Positions 8,686-18,304 of a stretch of DNA of 64,000 bases are shown here, piece by piece. The stretch is from an uncultured Nitrospiraceae bacterium (GTDB lineage: Bacteria > Nitrospirota > Nitrospiria > Nitrospirales > Nitrospiraceae). The DNA is taken from assembly GCA_963730935.1 (NCBI GenBank), contig CAVSTP010000002.1:736001-800000 (forward strand), in the 5' to 3' direction. The translations under genes were made by a program, and so were the position numbers. Position 1 is the first letter of the stretch; the number at the start of each line of letters is the position of its first letter. Below the pieces are notes generated by a model. It was given only the letters and a program-made list of their open reading frames with translations. It was not told the origin of the DNA and made no database searches.

Positions 8686-8805
8686 CTGTTGAAAAAGGCC
8701 TCATCGCACCCACCCGGCCCCTGCGCGCCGAGACGCGCTCTTCACCGAGCCTCGTTCTCAGTCGTCAGACTCCCTGCGGCCTCGCTGGACCGCCTCTCTG
8801 AACAG
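8686..8805. mobile_element. Degenerate MITE/REP-like element with imperfect 14-bp terminal inverted repeats
   Basis: CTGTTGAAAAAGGC (8686-8699) vs GCCTCTCTGAACAG (8792-8805), 11/14 complementary; internal GCGCGCCGAGACGCGC unit. Confidence 0.55.
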
Positions 8806-8833
8806 CCTGAGCACGGAATTCAGGAACGGCGTT

Positions 8834-9616
8834 TCAGCTGTCCAAGAATTCTCGCAAGGCTTTGGCGGACGGTTTCTGAAAGGTCGCCAGCCGGCTGGCG
8901 CCGGTGCCGTTGAAACGGTTCAATGCCACCGCCGTTTCCGTCATCTTGGCCAGCACGGCGATGCAATTCAGGACCAGAGCCTTGCCGACTGTAAAGTTCT
9001 TTAGTCGTGAGAACAACAGAGAGGGAAGTCCACCTGCCGGTATGATCACTTCGATCCCATCCTTCACCAACGGTTCGACTTGCTTGCGGAATTGATGCAA
9101 GACCGTTTCGAACGTCTTTCTCTCGGTGAAAGCGCGCACCAGCAGTGCGGGATCCGTCTCGATTGCCTTCACGGCCACCACGCGGCGTGAGAGGCCATAA
9201 CGCTGAATCTGCTCCTCATGCATCGGGATGAACACGGGATTAATGGTGACCAACCCGATTTTCTGTCCCAGCGTGCAGGCATACAGCATGGCCGCTTCAC
9301 CTAAACCCAGCACCGGGATGTCCACCGTCGATCGCGCTTCGTAGAGACCGCCATCTTGAAAATGGCCAATCGCAAACGCGTCATACCCTTGCCGCTGCGC
9401 CTCGACGGCATGGCGGATGACCTGCCGCGCACAGCGAAACTCTGTTAGACGATGCAGTTGGAGATCTGGCGGCACGATGCCATGCACGTCAAATCTGACA
9501 TCCTTTCCTGCCATGCGGTTCAGCGCTTGCGCGAGGGTCTTGCCGTACGCGGATTGCTGATCCGGATCAACAAAACTCTGATACCAGATCTTGACGCGCC
9601 TCGGCTGGCTGGACAT
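8834..9616 (-). CDS. Asp/Glu/hydantoin racemase family protein (atypical active site)
   Basis: GYDAFAIGHFQDGGLYEARSTVDIPVLGLGEAA, YGLSRRV, GIEVIIPAGG. Confidence 0.85.
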   Translation of the reverse strand: MSSQPRRVKIWYQSFVDPDQQSAYGKTLAQALNRMAGKDVRFDVHGIVPPDLQLHRLTEFRCARQVIRHAVEAQRQGYDAFAIGHFQDGGLYEARSTVDIPVLGLGEAAMLYACTLGQKIGLVTINPVFIPMHEEQIQRYGLSRRVVAVKAIETDPALLVRAFTERKTFETVLHQFRKQVEPLVKDGIEVIIPAGGLPSLLFSRLKNFTVGKALVLNCIAVLAKMTETAVALNRFNGTGASRLATFQKPSAKALREFLDS

Positions 9617-9780
9617 GGTGGCTCTCCCGGGTACTCATGAACGGCCCCTCATGTACCACAAAAGGCGGTCGTCGGTCAGGTGCGTTCTGGTGTGGCGGTC
9701 GAAGGATTGTGCGGCGGCGCAAGCGTCTGGTAAGGTGCCAGCTTTGCCACGACACGATCAAAGAAGGAGCCACGAATCTC

Positions 9781-11463
9781 ATGGCCACGAACGACAAACA
9801 AGTCATTTTCTCTCTAGTCAACGTCGGCAAAGTGTATCCGCCGAAGAAGCAGGTCCTCCGTGAAATCTATCTCGGCTTCTATTATGGAGCCAAGATCGGC
9901 GTGCTCGGATTGAACGGATCCGGCAAGAGCAGTCTCCTCAAAATCATCGCGGGCGTCGATCAGAATTTCACCGGTGAAATTTCTCGCTCCAAAGGCTACA
10001 GCGTCGGCTTGCTCGAGCAGGAGCCGGAGCTCGATTCCAACAAGACCGTGAAAGAGGTGGTCGAAGAAGGTAAGAAAGAACTGGTGGCGTTGCTCAAAGA
10101 ATACGAAGCGGTGAGCAACAAGATCGGCGAATCATCACCGGACGAAATGGAGAAGTTGCTCGATAAGCAGGCGCAGCTCCAAGAGAAGATCGAAGCGGCG
10201 AACGGGTGGGAGCTGGAGAACCATCTGGAAATCGCGATGGACGCGCTTCGCTGTCCTCCCGCCGATCAAAAAATCGGCACGCTTTCTGGCGGGGAGAAAC
10301 GACGCGTTGCTCTGTGCCGGCTGATGATTCAGGAACCGGACATCCTGCTCCTCGACGAGCCCACGAACCATCTGGACGCGGAATCCGTCCAGTGGCTCGA
10401 GCAGCACCTCCAGCAGTACAAAGGCACTGTGATCGCTGTGACGCACGATCGATACTTTCTCGACAACGTTGCCGGTTGGATCCTCGAGCTCGACCGGGGC
10501 CACGGCATTCCATTTCAAGGCAACTATTCGTCGTGGTTGGAACAAAAGCAGGAACGGCTGGCCCAGGAGGAAAAGGCTGAATCCAAACGCAAGAAAACGC
10601 TGGAGCACGAGTTGGAATGGATCCGGATGTCGCCGAAGGCGCGCCAGTCGAAGGGGAGAGCCAGGCTGAACCGCTACGAAGAGCTGGTCAATCAGAAGCA
10701 GGAGCAACGCACCGAGGATCTGGAGATCTACATTCCGCCGGGGCCGCGTCTGGGCGATGTCGTCGTGCAGGCCAACGGAGTGACCAAGGGTTTTGGCGAT
10801 AAGCTCCTCTATGAAGGCATCAGCTTCGACCTGCCTAAGGGCGGGATCGTCGGTGTCATCGGTCCGAACGGCGCGGGAAAGACCACGCTCTTTACAATGA
10901 TCATCGGGAAAGACAAGCCTGATTCCGGCTCAATCAGGATCGGTGAAACCGTGAAGCTCGGCTATGTGGATCAGGACCGCAGCCTCGACGGCAACAAGAC
11001 CGTCTACGAAGTGATTTCCGAGGGGCAGGAGACGGTGAAGCTCGGCAAGGTTGAGGTCAATGCCCGGGGCTATTGCGCCCGGTTCAATTTCGCCGGCGCG
11101 GATCAGCAGAAGAAGGTGAAGGACCTGTCCGGTGGGGAGCGCAACCGCGTACATCTCGCACGCATGCTCAAGGAAGGGGCCAACCTCATCATCCTCGATG
11201 AGCCGACGAACGATCTTGACGTCAATACGCTGCGAGCACTGGAAGAAGGGCTTGAGAATTTCGCCGGCTGTGCGGTGATCAGCAGTCACGACCGGTGGTT
11301 TCTCGACCGGATTGCGACGCACATCCTGGCGTTCGAAGGCGACAGCAAAGTGGTCTGGTTCGAAGGCAACTATAGCGACTACGAGGCCGACCGAAAGAAG
11401 CGTCTCGGCAAGGAAGCGGATCAGCCGCATCGCATTCGGTATCGCAAGCTCACACGCCAATAA
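9781..11463 (+). CDS. ettA: Energy-dependent translational throttle protein EttA (ABC-F)
   Basis: GAKIGVLGLNGSGKS, two ABC domains, LSGGE, ARQSKGRARL linker, C-terminal PHRIRYRKL; RBS AAGGAG before ATG 9781. Confidence 0.95.
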   Translation: MATNDKQVIFSLVNVGKVYPPKKQVLREIYLGFYYGAKIGVLGLNGSGKSSLLKIIAGVDQNFTGEISRSKGYSVGLLEQEPELDSNKTVKEVVEEGKKELVALLKEYEAVSNKIGESSPDEMEKLLDKQAQLQEKIEAANGWELENHLEIAMDALRCPPADQKIGTLSGGEKRRVALCRLMIQEPDILLLDEPTNHLDAESVQWLEQHLQQYKGTVIAVTHDRYFLDNVAGWILELDRGHGIPFQGNYSSWLEQKQERLAQEEKAESKRKKTLEHELEWIRMSPKARQSKGRARLNRYEELVNQKQEQRTEDLEIYIPPGPRLGDVVVQANGVTKGFGDKLLYEGISFDLPKGGIVGVIGPNGAGKTTLFTMIIGKDKPDSGSIRIGETVKLGYVDQDRSLDGNKTVYEVISEGQETVKLGKVEVNARGYCARFNFAGADQQKKVKDLSGGERNRVHLARMLKEGANLIILDEPTNDLDVNTLRALEEGLENFAGCAVISSHDRWFLDRIATHILAFEGDSKVVWFEGNYSDYEADRKKRLGKEADQPHRIRYRKLTRQ

Positions 11464-11541
11464 GCGGATCGGGGTTCCCTTTGCTGGGTGGTGTGATGAT
11501 TCCCTTCTCAGTGAGCCTTTGTATCAATCACAGGCGCTGAA

Positions 11542-12423
11542 ATGGCACCGCGTGCGATCATCACTGGAGCGGCGGGGTTGATCGGACAGTACCTCGTGAA
11601 ATCAGCTCCGCGCTGGGCGCCCGGCTGGACGGTGGAGGGGATCGCTCGGCCGGACCTGGATCTTACCGACCAGTCCGCAGTCTCTTCCGCCTTTCAACGA
11701 TACAATCCGGACCTCATCATTCATTGTGCGGCGTTGAGTCGCACCAAGGATTGTGAGCAAGACCCGGAAGGAGCCGCACGGATCAACGTCGCTGCCACGA
11801 GCCTGCTTTCGCGGATCGCCCGAAACACCCGGTTCGTGTTCCTGTCGAGCGGTGAAGTCTTTGACGGCTCAGCCGGCTGGTATGACGAGAATGCTCAGCC
11901 GAATCCCATCAATGTCTACGGACGAACGAAGCTTGAGGCCGAGCGCCTCGTGTTGCAAAATCCGGCACACACCGTCGTGCGCATTGTCCTGACGGCAGGA
12001 ACTTCAGAACATCGCAATCGGAGCTTCGTCGAGGACATGTGCCGGACCGCCAAGGCGGGGAAGGACATCACGCTGTATGCCGACGAGTTCCGCTGTCCGC
12101 TCCCGGCCGGTGCGGTCGCCCGGGCATTGTGGGAGCTGGCCCAGCAGCACAAGCCGGGCCTGTATCATCTTGGCGGCAGCGAGCGTCTCTCCCGTTGGGA
12201 AATCGGAGAACTCCTCGTCCCATGGTTTCCTGAACTGACCGGCCGGCTCATTCACGGCACGGCACGCAACCATCCGGGAGCGCCGCGGCCGGCGGACCTG
12301 TCCTTGTCCTGCGGCAAGATTCAGCAAGTGCTGTCTTTCCGTTTGCCGGGTTTGCGGTCTTGGCTCACAGCGAGGAGGCAGCCGGACCACGACCTCTGGG
12401 ATTATCACCATCATGACCTCTGA
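11542..12423 (+). CDS. SDR oxidoreductase, RmlD (dTDP-4-dehydrorhamnose reductase)-like
   Basis: ITGAAGLIG, YGRTK, PRPADLSL. Confidence 0.85.
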   Translation: MAPRAIITGAAGLIGQYLVKSAPRWAPGWTVEGIARPDLDLTDQSAVSSAFQRYNPDLIIHCAALSRTKDCEQDPEGAARINVAATSLLSRIARNTRFVFLSSGEVFDGSAGWYDENAQPNPINVYGRTKLEAERLVLQNPAHTVVRIVLTAGTSEHRNRSFVEDMCRTAKAGKDITLYADEFRCPLPAGAVARALWELAQQHKPGLYHLGGSERLSRWEIGELLVPWFPELTGRLIHGTARNHPGAPRPADLSLSCGKIQQVLSFRLPGLRSWLTARRQPDHDLWDYHHHDL

Positions 12424-13216
12424 TCCGCTCTCATTGGTCCTTACTGGGTACGGAGCCATGGTGGTCTTCATGCTCGGCCTGTGGGCCGTGCAGTTGCGCG
12501 TGCGCAACGCTTCGATTGCGGACGTTGGTTTTTGCATAGGATTGATCGCTGTCGTGCTTTGGTATGCCCGAGAGGCGTCCGGAGAGACGGAGCGGAAGTT
12601 GCTGGTGATACTCATGGTGTGCCTGTACGCGGGTCGGCTTGGATTCTTTCTTCTCTTCAACCGCGTGATCGGTAAGGCGGAGGACGCCCGCTATCAGGAG
12701 TTGCGCCGGTCCTGGGGCACGCATGAGCGCTGGCGGATGTTCGGCTATTTCCAGCTGCAAGCGGCGGCGGTCACGGCGTTTTCATTGCCGTTTCTGGTCG
12801 TCATACAAAATCCGAGGCCGCCCTTCGGGCTCGGAGAATTGGCAGGTCTGCTGCTCTGGATTGGAGCCGTCTCTGGTGAAGCCGTTTCGGATTGGCAGCT
12901 GTCACGCTTTCGCGCCCACCCCTGGAATCGCGAGCGTGTGTGCCGCGACGGGTTTTGGTATTGGTCGCGTCATCCCAACTATTTCTTCGAGTGGCTTCAC
13001 TGGTGGGCCTATGTCGTCATGACCGTTGGCGCGCCTGGCTGGCCGTTGACGCTGATCGGTCCCATTGGGATGGGATGGGCGCTCATCAATGTCTCCGGGA
13101 TTCCTTTGGCGGAGCGGCAGGCTCTGAAGACGCGGGGACAGGACTATAGAGAATACCAAGAAACCACCAATGCGTTTGTGCCGTGGAAGCCCAAACGGCC
13201 GGTCAGCCAGCGTTAA
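12413..13216 (+). CDS. DUF1295 membrane protein (steroid 5-alpha reductase-like)
   Basis: NASIADV, EDARY, DWQLSRF, WSRHPNYFFEW. Confidence 0.9.
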   Translation: MTSDPLSLVLTGYGAMVVFMLGLWAVQLRVRNASIADVGFCIGLIAVVLWYAREASGETERKLLVILMVCLYAGRLGFFLLFNRVIGKAEDARYQELRRSWGTHERWRMFGYFQLQAAAVTAFSLPFLVVIQNPRPPFGLGELAGLLLWIGAVSGEAVSDWQLSRFRAHPWNRERVCRDGFWYWSRHPNYFFEWLHWWAYVVMTVGAPGWPLTLIGPIGMGWALINVSGIPLAERQALKTRGQDYREYQETTNAFVPWKPKRPVSQR

Positions 13217-13427
13217 GCTTGGCGAGCCGTTCGCGGGCCGATTGCGCCTGCGGACTCGAAGGATACAAACGGATCACTTCTTCGTAGAGCTGCTTGGCAT
13301 GCGGAACGTTCATTTGCCGCTCTTCGAATTCGGCGGTCTCCAGCAGTTCCTTTGCCTTGTCGCCACTGCAGCCGCCCAGAACCAGCGAAAGCAGCAAGGC
13401 CGCGCCGGCCATATTCCTCAGGGTCAT
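13203..13427 (-). CDS. Small lipoprotein with TPR-like helix pair
   Basis: Lipobox LGGC; AKQLYEEVIRLYPSSPQAQSARERL. Confidence 0.75.
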   Translation of the reverse strand: MTLRNMAGAALLLSLVLGGCSGDKAKELLETAEFEERQMNVPHAKQLYEEVIRLYPSSPQAQSARERLAKLNAG

Positions 13428-13468
13428 GGCGTAGTGTAGCCGGTTCTCGGCCTGCGACGCCAGGCGAA

Positions 13469-15040
13469 CTATTCGAGCCATTTTTGCCACCAGGAGGTGC
13501 TCCGAAGCCCCCGTCTGCCCGCATAGGAGGCGCCGCGCATCTTGTCCCAGTCCACCAGGACCTTTCCCTGGTTGGCTTCGTGCTGTAGCTGCCAGTTCTG
13601 GAGGAGGTTCAAGCACGCGTGGTCAATATGCCGTAAGGAGGTGCTATCCACGCTGATTTCCGCGAACGGCGGTGCAGTTTCCAGCGTTGCGGCCAGTCTC
13701 GGCAGGCTCACAAACGTGGCAATGCCTTGTAGATGAAGCGTGAGTCTCCCCGTCGCGGAATCCTGGTCAAAAAACGTTTCGAGATTCTGTGTCGTATACA
13801 GCAACTTGGCGAGCGCGAGGCACAACCCGAGAATCACCCCTGTCAGCAAATTCACGAAGACAATGGTACCCATGGTGGCAAAGAAGATGACCACTTCGCC
13901 GCGGCCGTGCTTCTTGAGTTCCGGAAGGACGCCGAAGTTCATGAGCTTGTAGCCGGTATACACCAGCACGGCGCCGAGGCTGGCGGTCGGGATGAAGCGG
14001 AGCACGGACGGCAAAATGGACACGAACACGAGCAGCCAGGCACCGTGAAAAATCGTCGAGGCTCTCGTCTTGGCGCCTGCCTCGACATTGGCGGAACTGC
14101 GAACGATGACGCCCGTCATGGGCAATGATCCGATGAATCCGCACAGCATGTTGCCCACGCCTTGCGCAAACAGCTCGCGGTTATATCGCGTACGCGGGCC
14201 GGTATGCAGCTGATCGACCGCCGACGCGGATAACAGCGTTTCGACGCTGGCGATGAATGCCAGGCCCAGGGCCTCCGCGAGGATGTCGGTATCCAAGAAA
14301 TGAGAGAGACTTTGGAGCGTGGGAATGTGAACGATGGAGAACAGATTGTCCTGCACCTCGATGCGCTGGATCGGAATCTCGAGAAGTGCGGACACGGCGG
14401 TCGCAACAGAGACGCCCATCAATACCGCCGGCATCACATGAAACCGTTTGGGGAGGATCAGGTTCCAGCACACCATCGTGCCGATGGTGAGCACGCCGAT
14501 CCGGGCGGCCAGATGATGATTCATTGGCGTGCTGTCGTCGTCGATCAGGCCTTTCCAGACGGCGGAGGGCAGGGAAAGAATATTCTCCAGGCCTGAGCCT
14601 TTGGGCAAATCATCGATCATGATGTGAAACTGACTGGCGAAGATGAGCGCACCGATGCCCGCCAGCATGCCGTGGATGACCGCCGGCGAGACGGCGCGAA
14701 ACCATTGCCCGAGCTGCAGCCACGACCAGAGGATTTGGATCAGGCCGGCCGCGATCACGATGACAGCGAAGGCTTCCAGCCCCTGGTCGCGAATCAGTTC
14801 ATACACGACCACGGTAAGACCGGCGGCAGGGCCGCTGACCTGCAACGGAGAGCCGGAGAGCCATCCGACGACGAGGCCCGCCACGATGCCGGTGACAATG
14901 CCGGACCCGGTGGGAGCGCCCGAGGCGATCGTGATGCCGATGCAGAGCGGGAGGGCCACCAAAAACACGACGACCGAGGACAACGCATCGTGGCGGAGAT
15001 CGGCAAACCTGTTATAAGAGCCGAAGGATTGGAAATTCAT
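13469..15040 (-). CDS. SulP/SLC26 anion (likely bicarbonate) transporter
   Basis: VVFLVALPLCIGI, VSGPAAGL, ETLLSA, GVIVRSSAN, short STAS-like tail. Confidence 0.92.
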   Translation of the reverse strand: MNFQSFGSYNRFADLRHDALSSVVVFLVALPLCIGITIASGAPTGSGIVTGIVAGLVVGWLSGSPLQVSGPAAGLTVVVYELIRDQGLEAFAVIVIAAGLIQILWSWLQLGQWFRAVSPAVIHGMLAGIGALIFASQFHIMIDDLPKGSGLENILSLPSAVWKGLIDDDSTPMNHHLAARIGVLTIGTMVCWNLILPKRFHVMPAVLMGVSVATAVSALLEIPIQRIEVQDNLFSIVHIPTLQSLSHFLDTDILAEALGLAFIASVETLLSASAVDQLHTGPRTRYNRELFAQGVGNMLCGFIGSLPMTGVIVRSSANVEAGAKTRASTIFHGAWLLVFVSILPSVLRFIPTASLGAVLVYTGYKLMNFGVLPELKKHGRGEVVIFFATMGTIVFVNLLTGVILGLCLALAKLLYTTQNLETFFDQDSATGRLTLHLQGIATFVSLPRLAATLETAPPFAEISVDSTSLRHIDHACLNLLQNWQLQHEANQGKVLVDWDKMRGASYAGRRGLRSTSWWQKWLE

Positions 15041-15127
15041 GGTCGATAAAGTTCTCTACGACCACTGTAGCCGACTCTCGAGTGTCTCCCAAGAGAATGC
15101 AGGAAATGGGCAGCTCTGGGAAGGGGT

Positions 15128-15433
15128 CTACGTACTGGCGTCAATGCCATACCTGGGAGCGGTGATGCTCTCGCCTCGGCAGCGTGGGCAGCGGCCCGGT
15201 CTGGTGAGTTTCGTGCGGTCGCGAAAGACAAAGCCGCAGTCCTGGCAGCAGGATGGTTCCAGGATGAAGCGTCGGGCTCGATCCCGCGCGACGGTTTTCA
15301 CGACATGTGTGAGATGATCTTCCACTTGCCGCTCAGGAATGCCGAGGAGTTGCGCAAGCTGGTAGGAGGACAGCCGGGATCCGGTCAAGAGCCCGACCAA
15401 GCGCTGACGCACCGTCTGTGACACAGGCGGCAT
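15128..15433 (-). CDS. Small HTH plus Zn-ribbon protein (putative transcription regulator)
   Basis: LAQLLGIPERQVEDHL; CQDCGFVF...PGRCPRC. Confidence 0.8.
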   Translation of the reverse strand: MPPVSQTVRQRLVGLLTGSRLSSYQLAQLLGIPERQVEDHLTHVVKTVARDRARRFILEPSCCQDCGFVFRDRTKLTRPGRCPRCRGESITAPRYGIDAST

Positions 15434-15509
15434 GCCGGCCATCCTAGGGGAAGGGCGGCGTGAATTCCAAGTTGAATGCCTTCCGGGACTTTGGCAGGAT
15501 GAAGCCACG

Positions 15510-16955
15510 ATGCCTTTCACGCGTGTGGACGAAATGGCCGACCTGGCACTAAAGCGCGTGGCGGCTTCCGGCGCCGAGTACGGCGACATCCGCTTCCTCA
15601 AGAGCACCAGCCAAACCATCAGCGGTGAAGACCGGCGGATCGCATCCATCCGCGATATGGAGGACAGCGGGTTCGGCGTGCGTGTGCTCTATCACGGAGG
15701 GTGGGGGTTTGCCGCCAGCTCGGTGCTGTCCCTTGAGGAAATACCGCGTGTGGCCGACTTGGCCGTTGACATCGCCAGAGGATCGGCCTCTCTCGCCAGC
15801 GAAAAGACTCGATTGGTGGAGGAACCGGTCCACCGCGACCGGGTAGCGACCCAAAGCCGGATCGACCCCTTCACCGTGCCGCTCGATCGAAAAACGACGC
15901 TGCTGCGCGAGGTGATGGACTGTGTTCAGCGAGAACCGGAGATCGTTCGCAGCAGCGCAAGCCTCTGGGCACGCCGCGACCGCAAACTGTTCGTGTCGAC
16001 CGAGGGGACAAGGCTCGAATTTGACCTGTGCGCCGTGCAGGGCGAGTTCACTGCGACCGCCCGGTACGATGGCCGCTTCGCGTCCCGCACCTTCTCGACC
16101 CCACATTTGCGCACGGGCTATGAGTTGATCGAGGCAGCGGACTTCATGGCCCACGCGCCCCGAATCGCCTCGCAGGCGGTCGAAAAGGTCAAGGCGCCGA
16201 CCGTCCGGCCCGGCCTCTATGACCTCGTGCTGGATCCCGAGCATCTCTCCTTGACCATGCACGAATCCTGTGGCCATCCCAGCGAATTAGACCGCGCCTT
16301 GGGTTACGAAGCGAACTATGCCGGCACCAGTTTTCTCACTCCGGAGAAACGCGGCACCTTCCGGTACGGGTCCCCACATGTGAACCTCGTCGCAGATAAC
16401 ACCGAACCCGAGACCCTCGCCGCCACCGGATACGACGACGACGGGGTGGCGTGTCAACGGTGGGACATTGTCCGGGACGGCCTGTTCGTCGGCTATTGCA
16501 CCAACCGTGAGGTCGCCGCAAAGATCGGCGAAACCCGGTCGCGGGGCTCAAACCGGGCGGATAGTTGGGGCAGCGTCCCGATCGTGCGCATCGCCAATAT
16601 CGGCTTGGAACCCGGCTCGGCCTCGATGGACGATCTTCTTGCCGACGTGAAGCGGGGCATCTACATCGAAGGCCACGGGTCCTACAGCATCGATCAGCGG
16701 CGCTATAACTTCCAGTTCGGCGGCGATGCCTTCTGGTTGATCGAGAACGGCAAGCGCACCCACATGCTGCGGGACGTGATCTACCACGGGATCACGCCGG
16801 AATTCTGGAACAGCTGTGACGGCGTGGCCGACCGCCGCCATCGCTGCCGCTTCGGCTTCATCACATGCGGCAAAGGCCAGCCGGGCCAATCCGGTTGGAT
16901 GACGCATGCCGCGTCCCATGCGCGGTTCCGCCGTGTCGCGGTCATCAAAGGATAG
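15510..16955 (+). CDS. tldD: TldD metalloprotease subunit
   Basis: GFGVRV, HESCGH (HExxxH), DDDGV, TCGKGQPGQ. Confidence 0.9.
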   Translation: MPFTRVDEMADLALKRVAASGAEYGDIRFLKSTSQTISGEDRRIASIRDMEDSGFGVRVLYHGGWGFAASSVLSLEEIPRVADLAVDIARGSASLASEKTRLVEEPVHRDRVATQSRIDPFTVPLDRKTTLLREVMDCVQREPEIVRSSASLWARRDRKLFVSTEGTRLEFDLCAVQGEFTATARYDGRFASRTFSTPHLRTGYELIEAADFMAHAPRIASQAVEKVKAPTVRPGLYDLVLDPEHLSLTMHESCGHPSELDRALGYEANYAGTSFLTPEKRGTFRYGSPHVNLVADNTEPETLAATGYDDDGVACQRWDIVRDGLFVGYCTNREVAAKIGETRSRGSNRADSWGSVPIVRIANIGLEPGSASMDDLLADVKRGIYIEGHGSYSIDQRRYNFQFGGDAFWLIENGKRTHMLRDVIYHGITPEFWNSCDGVADRRHRCRFGFITCGKGQPGQSGWMTHAASHARFRRVAVIKG

Positions 16956-16960
16956 CCGAA

Positions 16961-18304
16961 GTGAGCACTGCCAACGCCAAGACCTGGCCGAAATTGACAA
17001 GCGCGGACGAATTTCGATTCCTCGCCGACCTCGTATTGAAACGATCAGAGGCGGACTATACCGTGGTCAATTGTCATGATCATCACGGTGGGACGACTCG
17101 GTTCGCGAACAGCCGCGTCGTCCAAAACGTCGATACCAGACGAGGCACGCTGACGATCGCCGTTGCTTTCGACCGCAGACGCGGCTCGGCCTCCACCACG
17201 GATTTTACGGCCGGTGCAGTCCAGGACGCACTCGCCCGCGCCGAAGGAATCGCCCGAGTGTCTCCGGAAGATCCTGAGTTTCTCCCACCGCCGGAGCCGC
17301 AGGTCTTTCCGACGCTCTTGACGAGCCGGCCGGAGACGGCGGCGGCAGGACCGTCTCGGCGGCTCGAATACGCCAATGAAGCCATCGGACAATGTCGCAT
17401 TGAAAATCTTCAGGCCGCCGGTATCGTCTCGTCGTCCGTCGCCTCGGTGGGCATCGCGGCGAGCAACGGCTTGTTTGCGCAGGAGGAACGCACAGAAGCG
17501 CGTTTCAGTCTCACCGTGCAGGCCGAGGATGCCACCGGGTGGAGTGCAGCTACTCATCGTTCCATTGATCACCTGAAAATCCAAGACCGGACCTTGTCAG
17601 CGATCAACAAGGCGAAGCGCAGCCGCGACGTTCAGGAGCTGGCGCCGGGGCGCTACCGGGTCATCTTGGAGCCTGCGGCGGTGGCGGGTCTCTGGAGTTG
17701 GATGCTCTGGACGCTGGATGCAAAATCCTATGACAAGGGAACGAGCCCTTTCGCAGGACAGCTCGGACGCCAGATTCTGGACGAACGGCTGACCCTTCAA
17801 AATCTTCCCGAACATCCCGACCTCCTCGGCACCGGCTTCACGCACGAGGGTTTGCCGAGTGAAGGCTCGCTCTGGATCGAAAAGGGCGTGTTGCGACAGC
17901 TGGCCTATGACCGGTTCACCGCAAAGCAACACAGGATCAAACGCATCGCGACTCTTGAGGCGCCCTGTTTATCCGCATCCGGACCCGCCGCATTTAAAAC
18001 TCAGGAACTCATCAAGCGGTGCGAACGCGCCATCCTCGTTACCAACTTTTGGTACATCCGCACGGTGAATCCGACCGATTTGACGCTGACCGGCATGACA
18101 CGAGACGGCACCTTTCTCGTTGAAGACGGCCAAATCACCACGGCCGTGCGGAATTTCCGTTTTCACGAAAGTCCATTGCGGGTGTTCAAACAGGTGGACG
18201 CCTTTACGGAGCCAGTGGAAGCCGTGACCTCCGAGACGGGCAAGATGCTGGTCCCCGCAATGCTCCTTCCCGATTTTCATTTTTCTAGCGTCACAAAATT
18301 TTGA
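16961..18304 (+). CDS. TldE/PmbA family subunit
   Basis: TRFANS, PGRYRVILEPAAV, TGMTRDG, NFRFHES; follows tldD. Confidence 0.88.
   Translation: MSTANAKTWPKLTSADEFRFLADLVLKRSEADYTVVNCHDHHGGTTRFANSRVVQNVDTRRGTLTIAVAFDRRRGSASTTDFTAGAVQDALARAEGIARVSPEDPEFLPPPEPQVFPTLLTSRPETAAAGPSRRLEYANEAIGQCRIENLQAAGIVSSSVASVGIAASNGLFAQEERTEARFSLTVQAEDATGWSAATHRSIDHLKIQDRTLSAINKAKRSRDVQELAPGRYRVILEPAAVAGLWSWMLWTLDAKSYDKGTSPFAGQLGRQILDERLTLQNLPEHPDLLGTGFTHEGLPSEGSLWIEKGVLRQLAYDRFTAKQHRIKRIATLEAPCLSASGPAAFKTQELIKRCERAILVTNFWYIRTVNPTDLTLTGMTRDGTFLVEDGQITTAVRNFRFHESPLRVFKQVDAFTEPVEAVTSETGKMLVPAMLLPDFHFSSVTKF

Noticed and set aside
8498..8713. 71-aa minus-strand ORF between the hydrolase and the racemase
   Set aside because: Starts inside the MITE-like element and has no recognisable motif; could be a remnant but I cannot support it.
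9637..9780. N-terminal extension of EttA in the ORF track (similar extensions on tldD, msrA, corA, leuD, yqjG-like)
   Set aside because: Family homology, and for most an SD sequence, point to downstream starts.
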